Shown here piece by piece: positions 21,254-30,781 of a stretch of 64,000 bases of DNA. Position numbers and translations under genes: made by a program. The notes under the pieces are model-generated. The model ran no database searches. It was not told the origin of the DNA and saw nothing but the letters and a program-made list of their open reading frames with translations. This DNA is from an uncultured bacterium (lineage in GTDB: Bacteria > Patescibacteriota > Microgenomatia > UBA1400 > MFAQ01). The DNA is taken from the NCBI GenBank assembly GCA_963980225.1, contig CAXBYW010000002.1, forward strand, positions 103,582-167,581. The letters are read 5' to 3'. Position 1 is the stretch's first letter. Every line of letters starts with the position of its first letter.

Positions 21254-22267
21254 TTAGAACTGGGTTAAAAACCTAAGATCTGTACTGTACAAATCTCTTA
21301 AGTTGCTGCTAACTTGATGTTTCATCATGATGATTCTCTCAACCCCCCAACCAAAGGCGAACCCCGAGTACTTATTAGGATTTAAGCCACCATTTTTTAA
21401 GACTTGAGGATGAACCATTCCAGCTCCACCAAGTTCTAACCAACCCGCTTTACAAACAGGACAGGTTTTATTGTCTTTTTTACCTGATCCTTTGCAAATA
21501 GAACAGTTTATGTCTACCTCAAATGAGGGTTCAGTGAACTGGAAGTGATGAGGTCTTAGACGTATTTCTCTATCGGGGCCAAAGTACTGTCTGACAAAGT
21601 AGTTGCTGATGCCGATTAGATGGGTGATGTTGACTCCCTTGTCTATCATTAGTCCTTCGAACTGGTGAAACATGGGAGAGTGAGTGTTGCTGGCCTGTCT
21701 CCTGTATGTTTTACCTATGTTTATCATTTTGATTGGCGGATTCTTGACCCTTTCCATCTCTCTTAGTTGACCATTAGATGTGTGTGCTGTTAGAACGATG
21801 TTGGGAGTTATATAGAAAGTTTCTTGATCATCTCTGGCTGGGTGATCTTTGGGGATATTTAAGCCTTCAGCATAGTACCAGTCGGTTTCTACCTCTGGAT
21901 ATCTGCGCCTGATGAATCCTAAAGATTTAAATATTTCTTCTACTTCTTCTATGGTTTGGGTTAAAAGATGTAGATGACCCTCTGTTGGTTTTACACCCGG
22001 CATGGTGATGTCTATTTCTTTTTTTGGCTTGACGTTTAATAAGAGAGTTTCAGTTTTTTTTATGCTTTCCTCAGTTTCTTTTTTTAACTGGTTTAGAGCT
22101 TTGCCGTAAGTAGCCTTTTCTTTGGGAGAAAGAGATTGGAAGAGTTTGTTTATTTCTCCTTTACGGCCTAGGTATTTAGTTGAAATCGAATCAAGTTTAG
22201 AAATATTTTTTGTCAAATTTATTTCCGCTAGCAGTTTTTGTTTGGTGTTTTTGATTTTTTGATCCAT
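21254..22267 (-). CDS. pheS: phenylalanine-tRNA ligase alpha subunit
   Basis: HPARDDQETFY, HSPMFHQFEG, FTEPSFE, GFAFGWGVER. Confidence 0.96.
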   Translation of the reverse strand: MDQKIKNTKQKLLAEINLTKNISKLDSISTKYLGRKGEINKLFQSLSPKEKATYGKALNQLKKETEESIKKTETLLLNVKPKKEIDITMPGVKPTEGHLHLLTQTIEEVEEIFKSLGFIRRRYPEVETDWYYAEGLNIPKDHPARDDQETFYITPNIVLTAHTSNGQLREMERVKNPPIKMINIGKTYRRQASNTHSPMFHQFEGLMIDKGVNITHLIGISNYFVRQYFGPDREIRLRPHHFQFTEPSFEVDINCSICKGSGKKDNKTCPVCKAGWLELGGAGMVHPQVLKNGGLNPNKYSGFAFGWGVERIIMMKHQVSSNLRDLYSTDLRFLTQF

Positions 22268-22326
22268 GTTGGTACAACAATTTTAGCAGAAACTAATCTT
22301 TTTATAGATAGGTTTCCTTAAAAAAG

Positions 22327-22677
22327 TTATTTGCAAAAGTCTAGGACGGCCTTGAAAGCCTGAGGATTATGAATAGATAACTCAGAGAGTGATTTTCTAT
22401 TTAGTTTAATTTTCTTTAAATTTAGAAGATTAATGAATTTTGAGTATGATGGAGCTTCCGGATACTGTTTCAAGCTAGCACTAATTCTTTGGATCCAGAG
22501 GCGACGTAACTGTCTCTTTCTTTCTTTTCTTCCTTTGAATGCATACTCACCAGCGTGTAGAACGGCTTCATGGGCAACCTTATAAAGGCGCCTTTTGGTC
22601 ATTCTATAACCCTTGGCAAGTTTTAAAACTTTTTTGTGGGCTCTTTTTCTGGTTGGTCCTGTTTTTATTCTTGGCAT
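22327..22677 (-). CDS. rplT: 50S ribosomal protein L20
   Basis: MPRIK...AKGY...RRLWIQRI...LNRKSLSEL. Confidence 0.96.
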   Translation of the reverse strand: MPRIKTGPTRKRAHKKVLKLAKGYRMTKRRLYKVAHEAVLHAGEYAFKGRKERKRQLRRLWIQRISASLKQYPEAPSYSKFINLLNLKKIKLNRKSLSELSIHNPQAFKAVLDFCK

Positions 22678-22679
22678 GG

Positions 22680-22883
22680 TTAGTTGTGTAACATGGCTTT
22701 AATTTTTTTGGCCATTACTCCTGTAACTTCGATATATTTTCTATATCTTCTTAGTTGTTTCTTTGATTTTTTACGGCGAAGATGTCTCATGTTCGGGGTA
22801 CGTCTTAAGACCTTACCGGTTGAGGTGATCTTGAAGCGCTTGGCTACAATTTTTCTGGTTTTATGTTTAACTTTATTAGACAT
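22680..22883 (-). CDS. rpmI: 50S ribosomal protein L35
   Basis: KHKTRK..AKRFKITSTGK; infC-rpmI-rplT order. Confidence 0.95.
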   Translation of the reverse strand: MSNKVKHKTRKIVAKRFKITSTGKVLRRTPNMRHLRRKKSKKQLRRYRKYIEVTGVMAKKIKAMLHN

Positions 22884-23389
22884 TATTTTTTAGGTTTAAT
22901 TTGAGCAATTAAAAGCTTACCAACTAGCTTGGGAGGTTGGTCCACCTCGGCTACATCTTCTAGCTTTGAAATTGCGTATTGCATTACACGATCACCAAAA
23001 TCTTTCTTGGTTATTTGTCTGCCGGTGAATTTTACCACTAACTTAACTCGATCTCCACCCCCTAAGAATTTTGTGGCCTTTTTGATTCTAGTATTTAGGT
23101 CGTTTTCAGCCATGAAAGGAGAAAATCTTACCTCTTTGGTGTCTTGGTTGGATTTACCCTGACCAGACTTATTTTTTTTAGATTCTAGATACTTGAACTT
23201 ACTAAAAGCGATGATCTTGACTATTGGTGGCTTGGCTTTGTCAGATATCTCTACAAGATCAAGATTTTGCTCTTTTGCTAGCGAAAAAGCTTTCTCTGCA
23301 GACATAATACCCACCTGTTCGCCGGTTTCACTAATAACCCTGACCTCTGGGTGTCTAATATATTGATTGGTACGGTGGAATTTTCTCAA
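22883..23389 (-). CDS. infC: translation initiation factor IF-3
   Basis: EVRVI..GEQVG, LDLVEI...PPIVKI, KFTGRQ; non-ATG start. Confidence 0.95.
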   Translation of the reverse strand: MRKFHRTNQYIRHPEVRVISETGEQVGIMSAEKAFSLAKEQNLDLVEISDKAKPPIVKIIAFSKFKYLESKKNKSGQGKSNQDTKEVRFSPFMAENDLNTRIKKATKFLGGGDRVKLVVKFTGRQITKKDFGDRVMQYAISKLEDVAEVDQPPKLVGKLLIAQIKPKK

Positions 23390-23400
23390 AGTTACTTAGG

Positions 23401-24669
23401 TTAAAAAATTAATTTGTTTGTTATTTCTTCTTGTATTTTAGCAGAAAATGAGGCTAATTTCATCTGTCCTAGATCTTTTTCCCCTCTTTGGCGAACGGAG
23501 ACTAGATCTTGGTCGATTTCTTTCTGTCCTAGGATGAGCATGTAAGGTGTCTTTTGGCTTTCTGCATTCCTGATTTTCTTACCCAAAGATTCGCTGGTGG
23601 TATCTAGTTCTGCCCTTATCCCCTGGTCGAGCAAGTTCTTTTTTATTTTTTCTGCTTCGCTTAAGAATTTGTCTGAGATAGGCAGGATACTAACCTGAAC
23701 TGGTGCTAGCCAGACGGGGAATGCTCCAGCGTAGTGTTCTATTAGGAAGGCAATAATTCTCTCTACGGCTCCGATGGAAGAACGGTGGATGACGACTGCT
23801 TTTTGCTTTTTACCTTCTTTGTTGATGTAGTTTAGCTTGAACCTATCTGGCATACAGAAGTCGTACTGAACGGTAAACGCGGTGTCTTCCTTGCCGTGAA
23901 TGTTGGTCATCTGGACATCGATCTTTGGGCCGTAAAAGGCGGCTTCGTTTTCGGCTTCTACAAATTTAGAGCCACGTTCTTCTAGTACTTCTCTTAGGAT
24001 TTGCTCTGATCTGTCCCAGGCTTTTGGATTGTCGTAGTACTTCTCCTTATCAGCTCTGTCACCTAATGAGAGACGGTAAGAGTAGTTTTTGCCCAACTTG
24101 AGACCGAAGGTGTCGGCGAGATGTTCTATTAGATCAAGTGCTAGGGCGACCTCTGACTTAGCTTGTTCATCGTCAGCACATATGATGTGGGCATCTGCTA
24201 GACAAAAAGAGCGGACACGAATTAGGCCGGTTAGTACACCTGATAGTTCATATCGATAGAGCTTAGCCATCTCAGCTATACGAAGTGGTAGTTCACGGTA
24301 ACTGTGAGGTCGTCTTAAGAAGAGTTCGAAGTGATGAGGACAGGTCATGGGACGAAGCATGTATTTCTCGTCATCTATCTTGATTGGAGCGTACATGGAG
24401 TCTTTGTAGTAAGGATAGTGACCGGATTTTTTGTAAAGGTCAAGTTTAGCGATGTCTGGAGTGTAGACGTGTTGGTAACCCCAGTTAATTTCTTCGTCGA
24501 CTATGAAGCGTTCTAGTTCACGGCGAACCACAGCTCCTTTGGCGGTCCATAAAGGTAGTCCTTTACCTATTGTGTCTGAGAATGTGAATAGGTCAAGTTT
24601 CTGGCCCAGTGAGCGATGGTCTTTTGGATCAAGAGTTTCTAGTTCGTTTGTTTTGTCTGGTTTGTTCAT
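23401..24669 (-). CDS. thrS: threonine-tRNA ligase (no N-terminal editing domain)
   Basis: DHRSLG, RPMTCPHH, RYELSG, AFYGPKID, IHRSSIGAVER. Confidence 0.95.
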   Translation of the reverse strand: MNKPDKTNELETLDPKDHRSLGQKLDLFTFSDTIGKGLPLWTAKGAVVRRELERFIVDEEINWGYQHVYTPDIAKLDLYKKSGHYPYYKDSMYAPIKIDDEKYMLRPMTCPHHFELFLRRPHSYRELPLRIAEMAKLYRYELSGVLTGLIRVRSFCLADAHIICADDEQAKSEVALALDLIEHLADTFGLKLGKNYSYRLSLGDRADKEKYYDNPKAWDRSEQILREVLEERGSKFVEAENEAAFYGPKIDVQMTNIHGKEDTAFTVQYDFCMPDRFKLNYINKEGKKQKAVVIHRSSIGAVERIIAFLIEHYAGAFPVWLAPVQVSILPISDKFLSEAEKIKKNLLDQGIRAELDTTSESLGKKIRNAESQKTPYMLILGQKEIDQDLVSVRQRGEKDLGQMKLASFSAKIQEEITNKLIF

Positions 24670-24676
24670 CTTGAGC

Positions 24677-24895
24677 TTATTTTAAACCAGAATTGAGGTA
24701 ATGAGTGGTGTTTTCAATTATCTGGCCGAAGAACTTACCGATTAAAGGTAGGCCTCCAAGCAAGTTGAGGACGTAGGTTAGAAGGGTAATGAGTAAAGCA
24801 AAGCCAATACTGGCGCCTAAAGCCCAGCCGATTCCTCCAACAAATGAGGTTGAAAAAGCTTTTTTATGACTGAATTTTTTTATTTCTTTTTTCAT
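24677..24895 (-). CDS. small membrane protein (DUF5665-like)
   Basis: FVGGIGWALGASIG...LPLIG pattern. Confidence 0.55.
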   Translation of the reverse strand: MKKEIKKFSHKKAFSTSFVGGIGWALGASIGFALLITLLTYVLNLLGGLPLIGKFFGQIIENTTHYLNSGLK

Positions 24896-24922
24896 AACTT
24901 TTAGTATACAGAAAAGTTAGGG

Positions 24923-24996
24923 TGAGTCCGACTGGACTTGAACCAGTGACCTCTTCGATGTCAACGAAGCGCTCTAGCCAGCTGAGCTACGGACTC
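24923..24996 (-). tRNA. tRNA-Val(GAC)
   Basis: cloverleaf; anticodon arm CTTCG-TTGACAT-CGAAG; T-loop GGTTCAAGTCC. Confidence 0.95.
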
Positions 24997-25030
24997 GTGT
25001 GTCTAATATTTTACAACAGTTGAGATGTCT

Positions 25031-25582
25031 TTAGCCAATAGATGTGGCTACTTGTCTTTCGCCGCTCGAAGTAAAGGAACTGCCTTTTTTCTTGGCCATA
25101 CCCCAGTAGTGACCTTTTTTCTTGGATCTTTGGTTGTAAAGAGTTAGCCAAGAGTTGGCCTCTACAATATCTTTTTTAAGAAGCTCAATAACTATTTTGA
25201 TGTGTTCGAAAAAACTGATGTGATAGGAGCCTGGTTCTGGGCTTTCTGTGGAAACAGCTTGGGCGACATTTTGTTCGAACGCAACTACTTGTTTGACCAA
25301 GATTTTAAGTTGTTCTTGTATCTGCCCTATTCTTTTTTCTACTTGTTTTTGCTTGGCAGAGTAGACACCAGCCCATTCTTTGTTTCTAGCCTGGTGGAAC
25401 TGCTCTACTCTCTTTTTTTCTAGTTCTTTGGATCTGCCCATTTCGGAAAATGAGAGAGGAGAAGGAGTTTTTAGAGAGTCGGGACTTTGGGGACCACGAG
25501 TTTGCTGTCTTTGTTTTAAGGCTTCAATGAAACTACTTAATTTGGGAGATGAGTTGCTAGTATTTGATGATCCTGGATTCAT
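25031..25582 (-). CDS. conserved CPR hypothetical protein (DUF5660-like)
   Basis: PGSYHISFFE...W...KKKGHYWG...SGER C-terminal pattern. Confidence 0.6.
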   Translation of the reverse strand: MNPGSSNTSNSSPKLSSFIEALKQRQQTRGPQSPDSLKTPSPLSFSEMGRSKELEKKRVEQFHQARNKEWAGVYSAKQKQVEKRIGQIQEQLKILVKQVVAFEQNVAQAVSTESPEPGSYHISFFEHIKIVIELLKKDIVEANSWLTLYNQRSKKKGHYWGMAKKKGSSFTSSGERQVATSIG

Positions 25583-25595
25583 GAAACCTATAATA

Positions 25596-26390
25596 TCATA
25601 AAGTTAGTAATAGATCAAGGGTTTTCCTGCGAATGATGATTGGAGCCAGAGAACTGTGTTTTTCTGCTGGTGTGTTGCTAACCTTAGCGAATTCTTCAAT
25701 TTCTTTTGCAGTAACGTCAATTTTAAGGTCCTGAGCTATTTTTGACAAGATTAAGTCAACTTTAATACTTTCCTCTGCTTTTTGAGTGTATTCTTCTTTG
25801 ATTTGTTCTGCGGTCTTGTTTACTGACTTAAGATAGGTCTTTAGGTCAAGATTTAAGGACTCTGTTTGGGCAACCAGTCTTGATAAGCTGTGGTTTACTT
25901 CTCTCTCTATTAAAACGGCTGGTACGATGAAGCTAGTTTTTTTGATTAAAGCGTCTAGTATGGCCGAAAACTTTTGATCTTTGGTCTTGTCTTTGGTTTT
26001 TTCAAGTATGGTGTGAGCGGTCTTTTTGTACTCCCCTAGCTTGATCTCAGGGTTCAAGGGTAAGCTGAGAGTAAATTCCCAAGTAGTTTTTTTGTCTACG
26101 TCAGCTTTGTCGAGTTGAGGAAGACCAAGAAGTGTAAATTTCTTTTCTTTAATCAGTTGAAGAATACCAGACTCTAGAAGAGAGTTAACAGCTTCTTGTT
26201 TTAGTTTTTCTTCCCCTATTTCTTTTTTGGCTACTTCTATTGGAACAGTACCTTTTCTAAAACCTTTAACAGAGATGTCTTTCTTTAGTTTATCTAAAGC
26301 TTGTTTTTTGGCTGAAGAGATTTCTTTTGAGGTAGCCGTAAGCAGTACTTTAGCTGTGTTGTCTTTGGTTCCTAGATGTTTGATCGTCAT
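25596..26390 (-). CDS. tig: trigger factor lacking the PPIase domain
   Basis: VKGFRKGTVP ribosome-binding motif and C-terminal domain; only 264 aa. Confidence 0.88.
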   Translation of the reverse strand: MTIKHLGTKDNTAKVLLTATSKEISSAKKQALDKLKKDISVKGFRKGTVPIEVAKKEIGEEKLKQEAVNSLLESGILQLIKEKKFTLLGLPQLDKADVDKKTTWEFTLSLPLNPEIKLGEYKKTAHTILEKTKDKTKDQKFSAILDALIKKTSFIVPAVLIEREVNHSLSRLVAQTESLNLDLKTYLKSVNKTAEQIKEEYTQKAEESIKVDLILSKIAQDLKIDVTAKEIEEFAKVSNTPAEKHSSLAPIIIRRKTLDLLLTL

Positions 26391-26413
26391 ATTTTTTAGA
26401 TTTTACCAGATTG

Positions 26414-26497
<84 letters not shown>

Positions 26498-26532
26498 AGT
26501 GTCTGTATTTTAACCCATTTAGGTTGTTTTCT

Positions 26533-27120
26533 CTATTCTAAGTCGTTGAAAAACTGTAAGACTCCTTTGGCCCAAGAACCTTCGGATGGTGGAGTGTAGG
26601 TTTGCATGACTTGGTGTGGGTCTTTGTCGTGCAAGCCTTTAAGAAATATCCTTTTAAACTGAGGGGCGATTTTGATGATGGCTTGGTCGTAACTTTCGAA
26701 CCTAGTGACTTTGTCACCATATATCCCCCATCCCCAGCAGTTGTAGGATTCGTAAGGGATTTTTTTACAAAGATTAGATTCTTGTTGGGCAATGGCTACC
26801 ATCCAACGATAGTCGAAGTCGTGCTTGTCTGCTACTTGCACCAAAAGATCTGCATAAGGTATCAATGGAGAGTTATATCTTTCGAGGTATTGCCTGATGA
26901 TCTCTGCACGAGCGTCTGCAGTCTTGACGGATGTTTGGATTTGAGAAGCTTGAGCTGGAAGTGAGGCAAAGACGAGAGAGTAGTCCGAAGGGTCTCCAAA
27001 GTTTATGTTGGTATACGCTCCCATGACTTTATCTTGGGAAGATAGGTTGTTGTTTATGGCAATTGCGACTTTGATGTTTAACAAGAAGAGCAAGCTGAGG
27101 ATGATGGTTTTTTTAGTCAT
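26533..27120 (-). CDS. secreted lysozyme/glucosaminidase-like protein
   Basis: signal peptide; YL..YNSPL, AIAQQESN, YNCWGWG, YTPPS..W. Confidence 0.6.
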   Translation of the reverse strand: MTKKTIILSLLFLLNIKVAIAINNNLSSQDKVMGAYTNINFGDPSDYSLVFASLPAQASQIQTSVKTADARAEIIRQYLERYNSPLIPYADLLVQVADKHDFDYRWMVAIAQQESNLCKKIPYESYNCWGWGIYGDKVTRFESYDQAIIKIAPQFKRIFLKGLHDKDPHQVMQTYTPPSEGSWAKGVLQFFNDLE

Positions 27121-27174
27121 GAGCAGTATGTAATATCACCATCTAATATATCAGTTTTAGATAAAAAAGAAATG

Positions 27175-27248
<74 letters not shown>

Positions 27249-27253
27249 TAATG

Positions 27254-27327
27254 TCGGGACGACTGGGCTCGAACCAGCGACCTCTGCGTCCCAAACGCAG
27301 CGCTCTAGCCATCTGAGCTACGTCCCG
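27254..27327 (-). tRNA. tRNA-Pro(TGG)
   Basis: anticodon arm CTGCG-TTTGGGA-CGCAG. Confidence 0.95.
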
Positions 27328-27382
27328 ATGTTTTATATTTTACCAGACTTGAGGCAAAATATTTGGTAGAATAGGCTTGTAT

Positions 27383-27457
27383 GGTGGATGTAGCTCAGTT
27401 GGTTAGAGCGCCTCTCTGTGGCAGAGGAGGTCGGGGGTTCGAATCCCCTCATCCACC
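27383..27457 (+). tRNA. tRNA-His(GTG); anchor of cassette array 1
   Basis: G-1, anticodon arm CCTCT-CTGTGGC-AGAGG, T-loop GGTTCGAATCC. Confidence 0.96.
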
Positions 27458-27503
27458 CAAAGTAGTGATATAGATTGATATACCGTGATATACCGTGATA
27501 TAT
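27455..27503 (+). repeat. core plus right arm with 10-bp periodic TGATATA iterons
   Basis: ACCCAAAGTAGTGATATAGATTGATATACCGTGATATA, near-identical to 28438-28476. Confidence 0.85.
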
Positions 27504-27571
27504 TCTATTTTATTTCTCTTCTATCAGTTCACTCGAACTTTAAATCTCTTTTCCCAGGTTTTCTAGTTCAC

Positions 27572-28237
27572 TTATTTAAGCTTACTTTCCCACTCATTAA
27601 AAAAATCTTCTAGAAAATCCTCCATAATTTTATGTCTTTTATTAGCTAGATCAATTCCCGTCTTTGTGTTCATGTTTTCCCTCAACTTAAGAAGTTTTTC
27701 ATAAAAATGGGCAATTGTAGAGGTTCTGTGATTTGGGTCATCAATAAAATCCTTATCATATTCAAGATTTTCGCCTGGATTATATAAAGATAGGCCGTGG
27801 GAACCTCCAAATGCAAATGTTCTAGCAATTCCAATAGCTCCAATTGCATCAAGGTTATCTGCATCTTGAACTATTTTTAATTCTAAAGTCTTGTCTCCAA
27901 TTTTATTAGTCCAGTCATAAATATCGTGTAATTCAACTACTTTAATAATAGGAACAATCTTTGAACTTGAAATCTTAGATTTTTTCAGCACCTCTCTAAT
28001 AATTTCCAGGGCTTCTGGTCCAAAATGAGATTTTCCTGTTTTTTTCTCCCACGGTCTACAGATATCGTGCACTAATGATGCCGCCCCAACCACTACACCA
28101 TCTCCACCTTCTTTTTTTACTAGATACTTAGAAACATTAAAAACCCGCTCAGCATGATAATAATCATGTCCACTAGACTCACTTTCCAAGAATTTCTTAA
28201 CCCTCTTTGATAGCTCGCTAAATTTACTCTCAATCAT
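27572..28237 (-). CDS. HD-domain phosphohydrolase (cassette 1)
   Basis: GHDYYHAERV, HD, VQDADNLDAIGAIGIARTF, HFYEKLL. Confidence 0.9.
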   Translation of the reverse strand: MIESKFSELSKRVKKFLESESSGHDYYHAERVFNVSKYLVKKEGGDGVVVGAASLVHDICRPWEKKTGKSHFGPEALEIIREVLKKSKISSSKIVPIIKVVELHDIYDWTNKIGDKTLELKIVQDADNLDAIGAIGIARTFAFGGSHGLSLYNPGENLEYDKDFIDDPNHRTSTIAHFYEKLLKLRENMNTKTGIDLANKRHKIMEDFLEDFFNEWESKLK

Positions 28238-28344
28238 ATTCTGAATTATATACCAAGCAAAAAAGGTTCGTGTTACCTCTAGAGTTGTTTTTGAAGAGTC
28301 CGATCTATGCTCGCCTGTTAAGCCCTTAGATCCTATTCTGCATT

Positions 28345-28441
28345 TTAAAAGACATATTCTTTCTTGAGACCTTTCAAGGCTACGTGTCTGCCTAGATAGT
28401 TAGTATAGTAATTAGTCCGAACATCGTTGCATAAGGGACCC
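28345..28441. repeat. His-array arm 1 (attP-like half site)
   Basis: GTAATTAGTCCGAACATCGTTGCATAAGGGACCC at 28408-28441; minus strand encodes GPLCNDVRTNYYTNYLGRHVALKGLKKEYVF*. Confidence 0.9.
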
Positions 28442-28497
28442 AAAGTAATGATATAGATTGATATATCGTGATATATTTTATTTAACCCCCTTTCATC

Positions 28498-28546
28498 AGC
28501 ATTTTTTATGCATATTCTGACCACTCCCCTGTCACGGAAGAGATTG
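28498..28546. repeat. nested direct repeat copy A
   Basis: AGCATTTTTTATGCATATTCTGACCACTCCCCTGTCACGGAAG, similar to 29775-29823. Confidence 0.8.
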
Positions 28547-28567
28547 TGCGTAATTAAGAGTGTCTCC

Positions 28568-29713
28568 CTATTCGACTATAATTGCGTCTTTTTTCAATAG
28601 AGCATTCCAATCGTTTATTTTCCCTTGACCCAACCCATCCTTCCTTAATAATAATTCATGAGCCTCAATCGAAACTACTTTAGCGTGTGGAGTATTTTTA
28701 CTAACCCATTGCTTCAATTTATCGAGATATATTTGCTCACAGTAAATTACATCTACAAGATCCAAAGGTATCTCAGGACCCAACCTGATTCCTTCCCCGG
28801 CCCAATTTATAAATGCAGTATCTGACTTTTCATCAATCTCCTTAAGGTGTTTTCTAGTTCTCTCCTCAGCAATACCAAATGCTAAAGGATACTCATTGAA
28901 CCACCTTGCGATAGCGTAACCAGTGTGTAATGAACGAGATACATGAACATCGCCAAGACCCTGTTTTCTCCCGCTTACGGAATGATTGTCATGACCAATA
29001 TATGTATTATATTCTCCGGTCTTTACTTCTTCTTCTCTCTTGATTGCCTCCCGAGCACTCAAGATTGCCTTTTGCTTAGAGATACCATCAAGTGTCGCAG
29101 AGCCAGTTGTGTGATATAGGCCGGGCTTCATATAGCCAGACTCTTTTAAGTCGATAATTTCTTTCAACAAACCCAGCTCAATATATTCCACTCCAGACCA
29201 ACGCTTATGCTCCAGTGGTACCCAAGCACCTTCATGTTTGTAAATACCCATTTCATAAAACCCCTTCATTCTATGTCCTTCGGGCCATGCCTTCATTATT
29301 CTTTTTGGATGTACGACAATTTGGATGAACCTATCCACCCTTTGCATAAAATTACCAAGTGTCTTTCTGTCAACTCCTTTGGCAAATACTGAAATAAAGG
29401 ACTCAAAGTCCTTCAGTTGAGCCGAAAGCTCGTAAAACTCTGAAGACGCGTCAACATTCTTTGTGGCTTCGTAACATTGATAAACAAAGTCAATCTGAGA
29501 GTTAAGTTCATCATCGATTATGGACGCATTTTCTTTACAGTGCGCAAAGATTCCCTTAAGTTTGTCCGAAAGTAGGTCGGGTAATTCTTCCGGAGTAACT
29601 CCCTCTGTTTTGCATATATCGTCTGCCGAAGGAGCCTTTATTTTCCTCAAACTACTAATCAATAGGTCTCGTTCACTATTTGGTTGTATGTATCTATTTT
29701 CAAAATCACTCAC
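28568..29713 (-). CDS. hypothetical protein (cassette 2)
   Basis: 381-aa ORF; C-terminal LYHTTGS...ILS pattern is faintly ADP-ribosyltransferase-like, unconfirmed. Confidence 0.7.
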   Translation of the reverse strand: MSDFENRYIQPNSERDLLISSLRKIKAPSADDICKTEGVTPEELPDLLSDKLKGIFAHCKENASIIDDELNSQIDFVYQCYEATKNVDASSEFYELSAQLKDFESFISVFAKGVDRKTLGNFMQRVDRFIQIVVHPKRIMKAWPEGHRMKGFYEMGIYKHEGAWVPLEHKRWSGVEYIELGLLKEIIDLKESGYMKPGLYHTTGSATLDGISKQKAILSAREAIKREEEVKTGEYNTYIGHDNHSVSGRKQGLGDVHVSRSLHTGYAIARWFNEYPLAFGIAEERTRKHLKEIDEKSDTAFINWAGEGIRLGPEIPLDLVDVIYCEQIYLDKLKQWVSKNTPHAKVVSIEAHELLLRKDGLGQGKINDWNALLKKDAIIVE

Positions 29714-29774
29714 AGTCTCAATTATATACGCAATTCTTCAACCCCTCAATATTTTCTTGTAAAGTGTAATTAAT

Positions 29775-29823
29775 AGCATCTCTTATACATATTCAGACCA
29801 CTCCTCTGTCATGGAAAAAGTTG
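29775..29823. repeat. nested direct repeat copy B
   Basis: AGCATCTCTTATACATATTCAGACCACTCCTCTGTCATGGAAA. Confidence 0.8.
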
Positions 29824-29838
29824 AGTGTTTGAATTCCA

Positions 29839-29935
29839 TCAGCGCCTGTAGCTGTTCTTGAAGCTCGTCAACAGTAAGTGTTTCTGCAAGTAGTTAGCTT
29901 GGTAATTAGTTCGAACATCGTTGCATAAGGGACCC
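29839..29935. repeat. His-array arm 2
   Basis: GTAATTAGTTCGAACATCGTTGCATAAGGGACCC at 29902-29935; encodes GPLCNDVRTNYQANYLQKHLLLTSFKNSYRR*. Confidence 0.9.
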
Positions 29936-29949
29936 TAGAGTCCTATAGT

Positions 29950-29978
29950 TTGACTTTTACTGATATATTTGGTAAAAT
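29950..29978 (+). promoter_or_regulatory. sigma70-type promoter of the cassette 3 gene
   Basis: TTGACT-17 bp-TAAAAT; AGGAGG RBS before ATG 30050. Confidence 0.6.
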
Positions 29979-30049
29979 ATAATCCTGGTTTAAACACTCG
30001 TAGTAGTACATTTACAGCTTAAATATATAGATCCTAGGAGGACCTACCC

Positions 30050-30535
30050 ATGACAACGATTAGTTTAGTTGGTCTAGACAAAGCAGCTGTACTTGCTGCG
30101 TTATACAATGTTGCCAAACCGCAAGGTATGGGCTTCATGCATTATGATCCTGCTCCAATGACTTATGATCAGGCGAAAGCCATATTGGAGGGAGGACAAA
30201 CCGATTTTGATTATCTTAAAGGAAGAGTTATGAAAATAAATCTTTCTGGTGATGATCTCGATGTCTGGGGGTTTGATCGTAATAATGGAGAAGGTGTAGC
30301 GAAAGCTGCTATTGACTCCATTGAAGAAACTTCCAATGTAAATAACTCCCTAATTCAGAAGATACACTCTGATAATACTTTTTTATCTGCAGTTGATACT
30401 GAAAGCCATCTTGGCGACAAGTCAACCGTCTCTGAAGAAGGTGACTTTGTGCATATGGAATTAGGTCTTGATGATGTCAAAGATGTTTTAGGCCCAAAAG
30501 TCAGGGATGCTAAAGAACATCAAAGTTCAAAATAA
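30050..30535 (+). CDS. hypothetical protein (cassette 3)
   Basis: 161-aa ORF with RBS, promoter and terminator; LDKAAVLAALYN...FDYLKGRVMK...FDRNNG. Confidence 0.8.
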   Translation: MTTISLVGLDKAAVLAALYNVAKPQGMGFMHYDPAPMTYDQAKAILEGGQTDFDYLKGRVMKINLSGDDLDVWGFDRNNGEGVAKAAIDSIEETSNVNNSLIQKIHSDNTFLSAVDTESHLGDKSTVSEEGDFVHMELGLDDVKDVLGPKVRDAKEHQSSK

Positions 30536-30555
30536 CTATATTTAAAATGCTGTAC

Positions 30556-30588
30556 CCACTGATCCCATAAGAACTCAGTGGTTTTTTT
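30556..30588 (+). terminator. intrinsic terminator
   Basis: CCACTGA...TCAGTGG stem followed by T7. Confidence 0.7.
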
Positions 30589-30593
30589 ATTGT

Positions 30594-30705
30594 CTAAGTA
30601 GTTAAATAAAAATTTCGAACGTCGTTTCGTATACCTCGTAACTGTAGGTGTCTCTGTCTATATTTAGCCTCGTAATTAGTCCGAACATCATTGCATAAGG
30701 GACTC
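30594..30705. repeat. His-array arm 3
   Basis: GTAATTAGTCCGAACATCATTGCATAAGGGACTC at 30672-30705; encodes SPLCNDVRTNYEAKYRQRHLQLRGIRNDVRNFYLTT*. Confidence 0.9.
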
Positions 30706-30781
30706 TCGATTTGAAAAATACCTGTATGTAAGTTTTATTATGCTTTACTGTGTGAATGTTTTAAGATCTTTCTTTCAAAGA

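Noticed and set aside
21445-21510. CxxC...CxxC insertion in PheS
   Set aside because: A widespread variant in bacterial PheS, not unusual.
19255-26390. Shortened PheT, ThrS without editing domain and trigger factor without PPIase as pseudogenes or novelties
   Set aside because: The ORFs are intact with catalytic motifs, and such domain reductions are expected in CPR bacteria.
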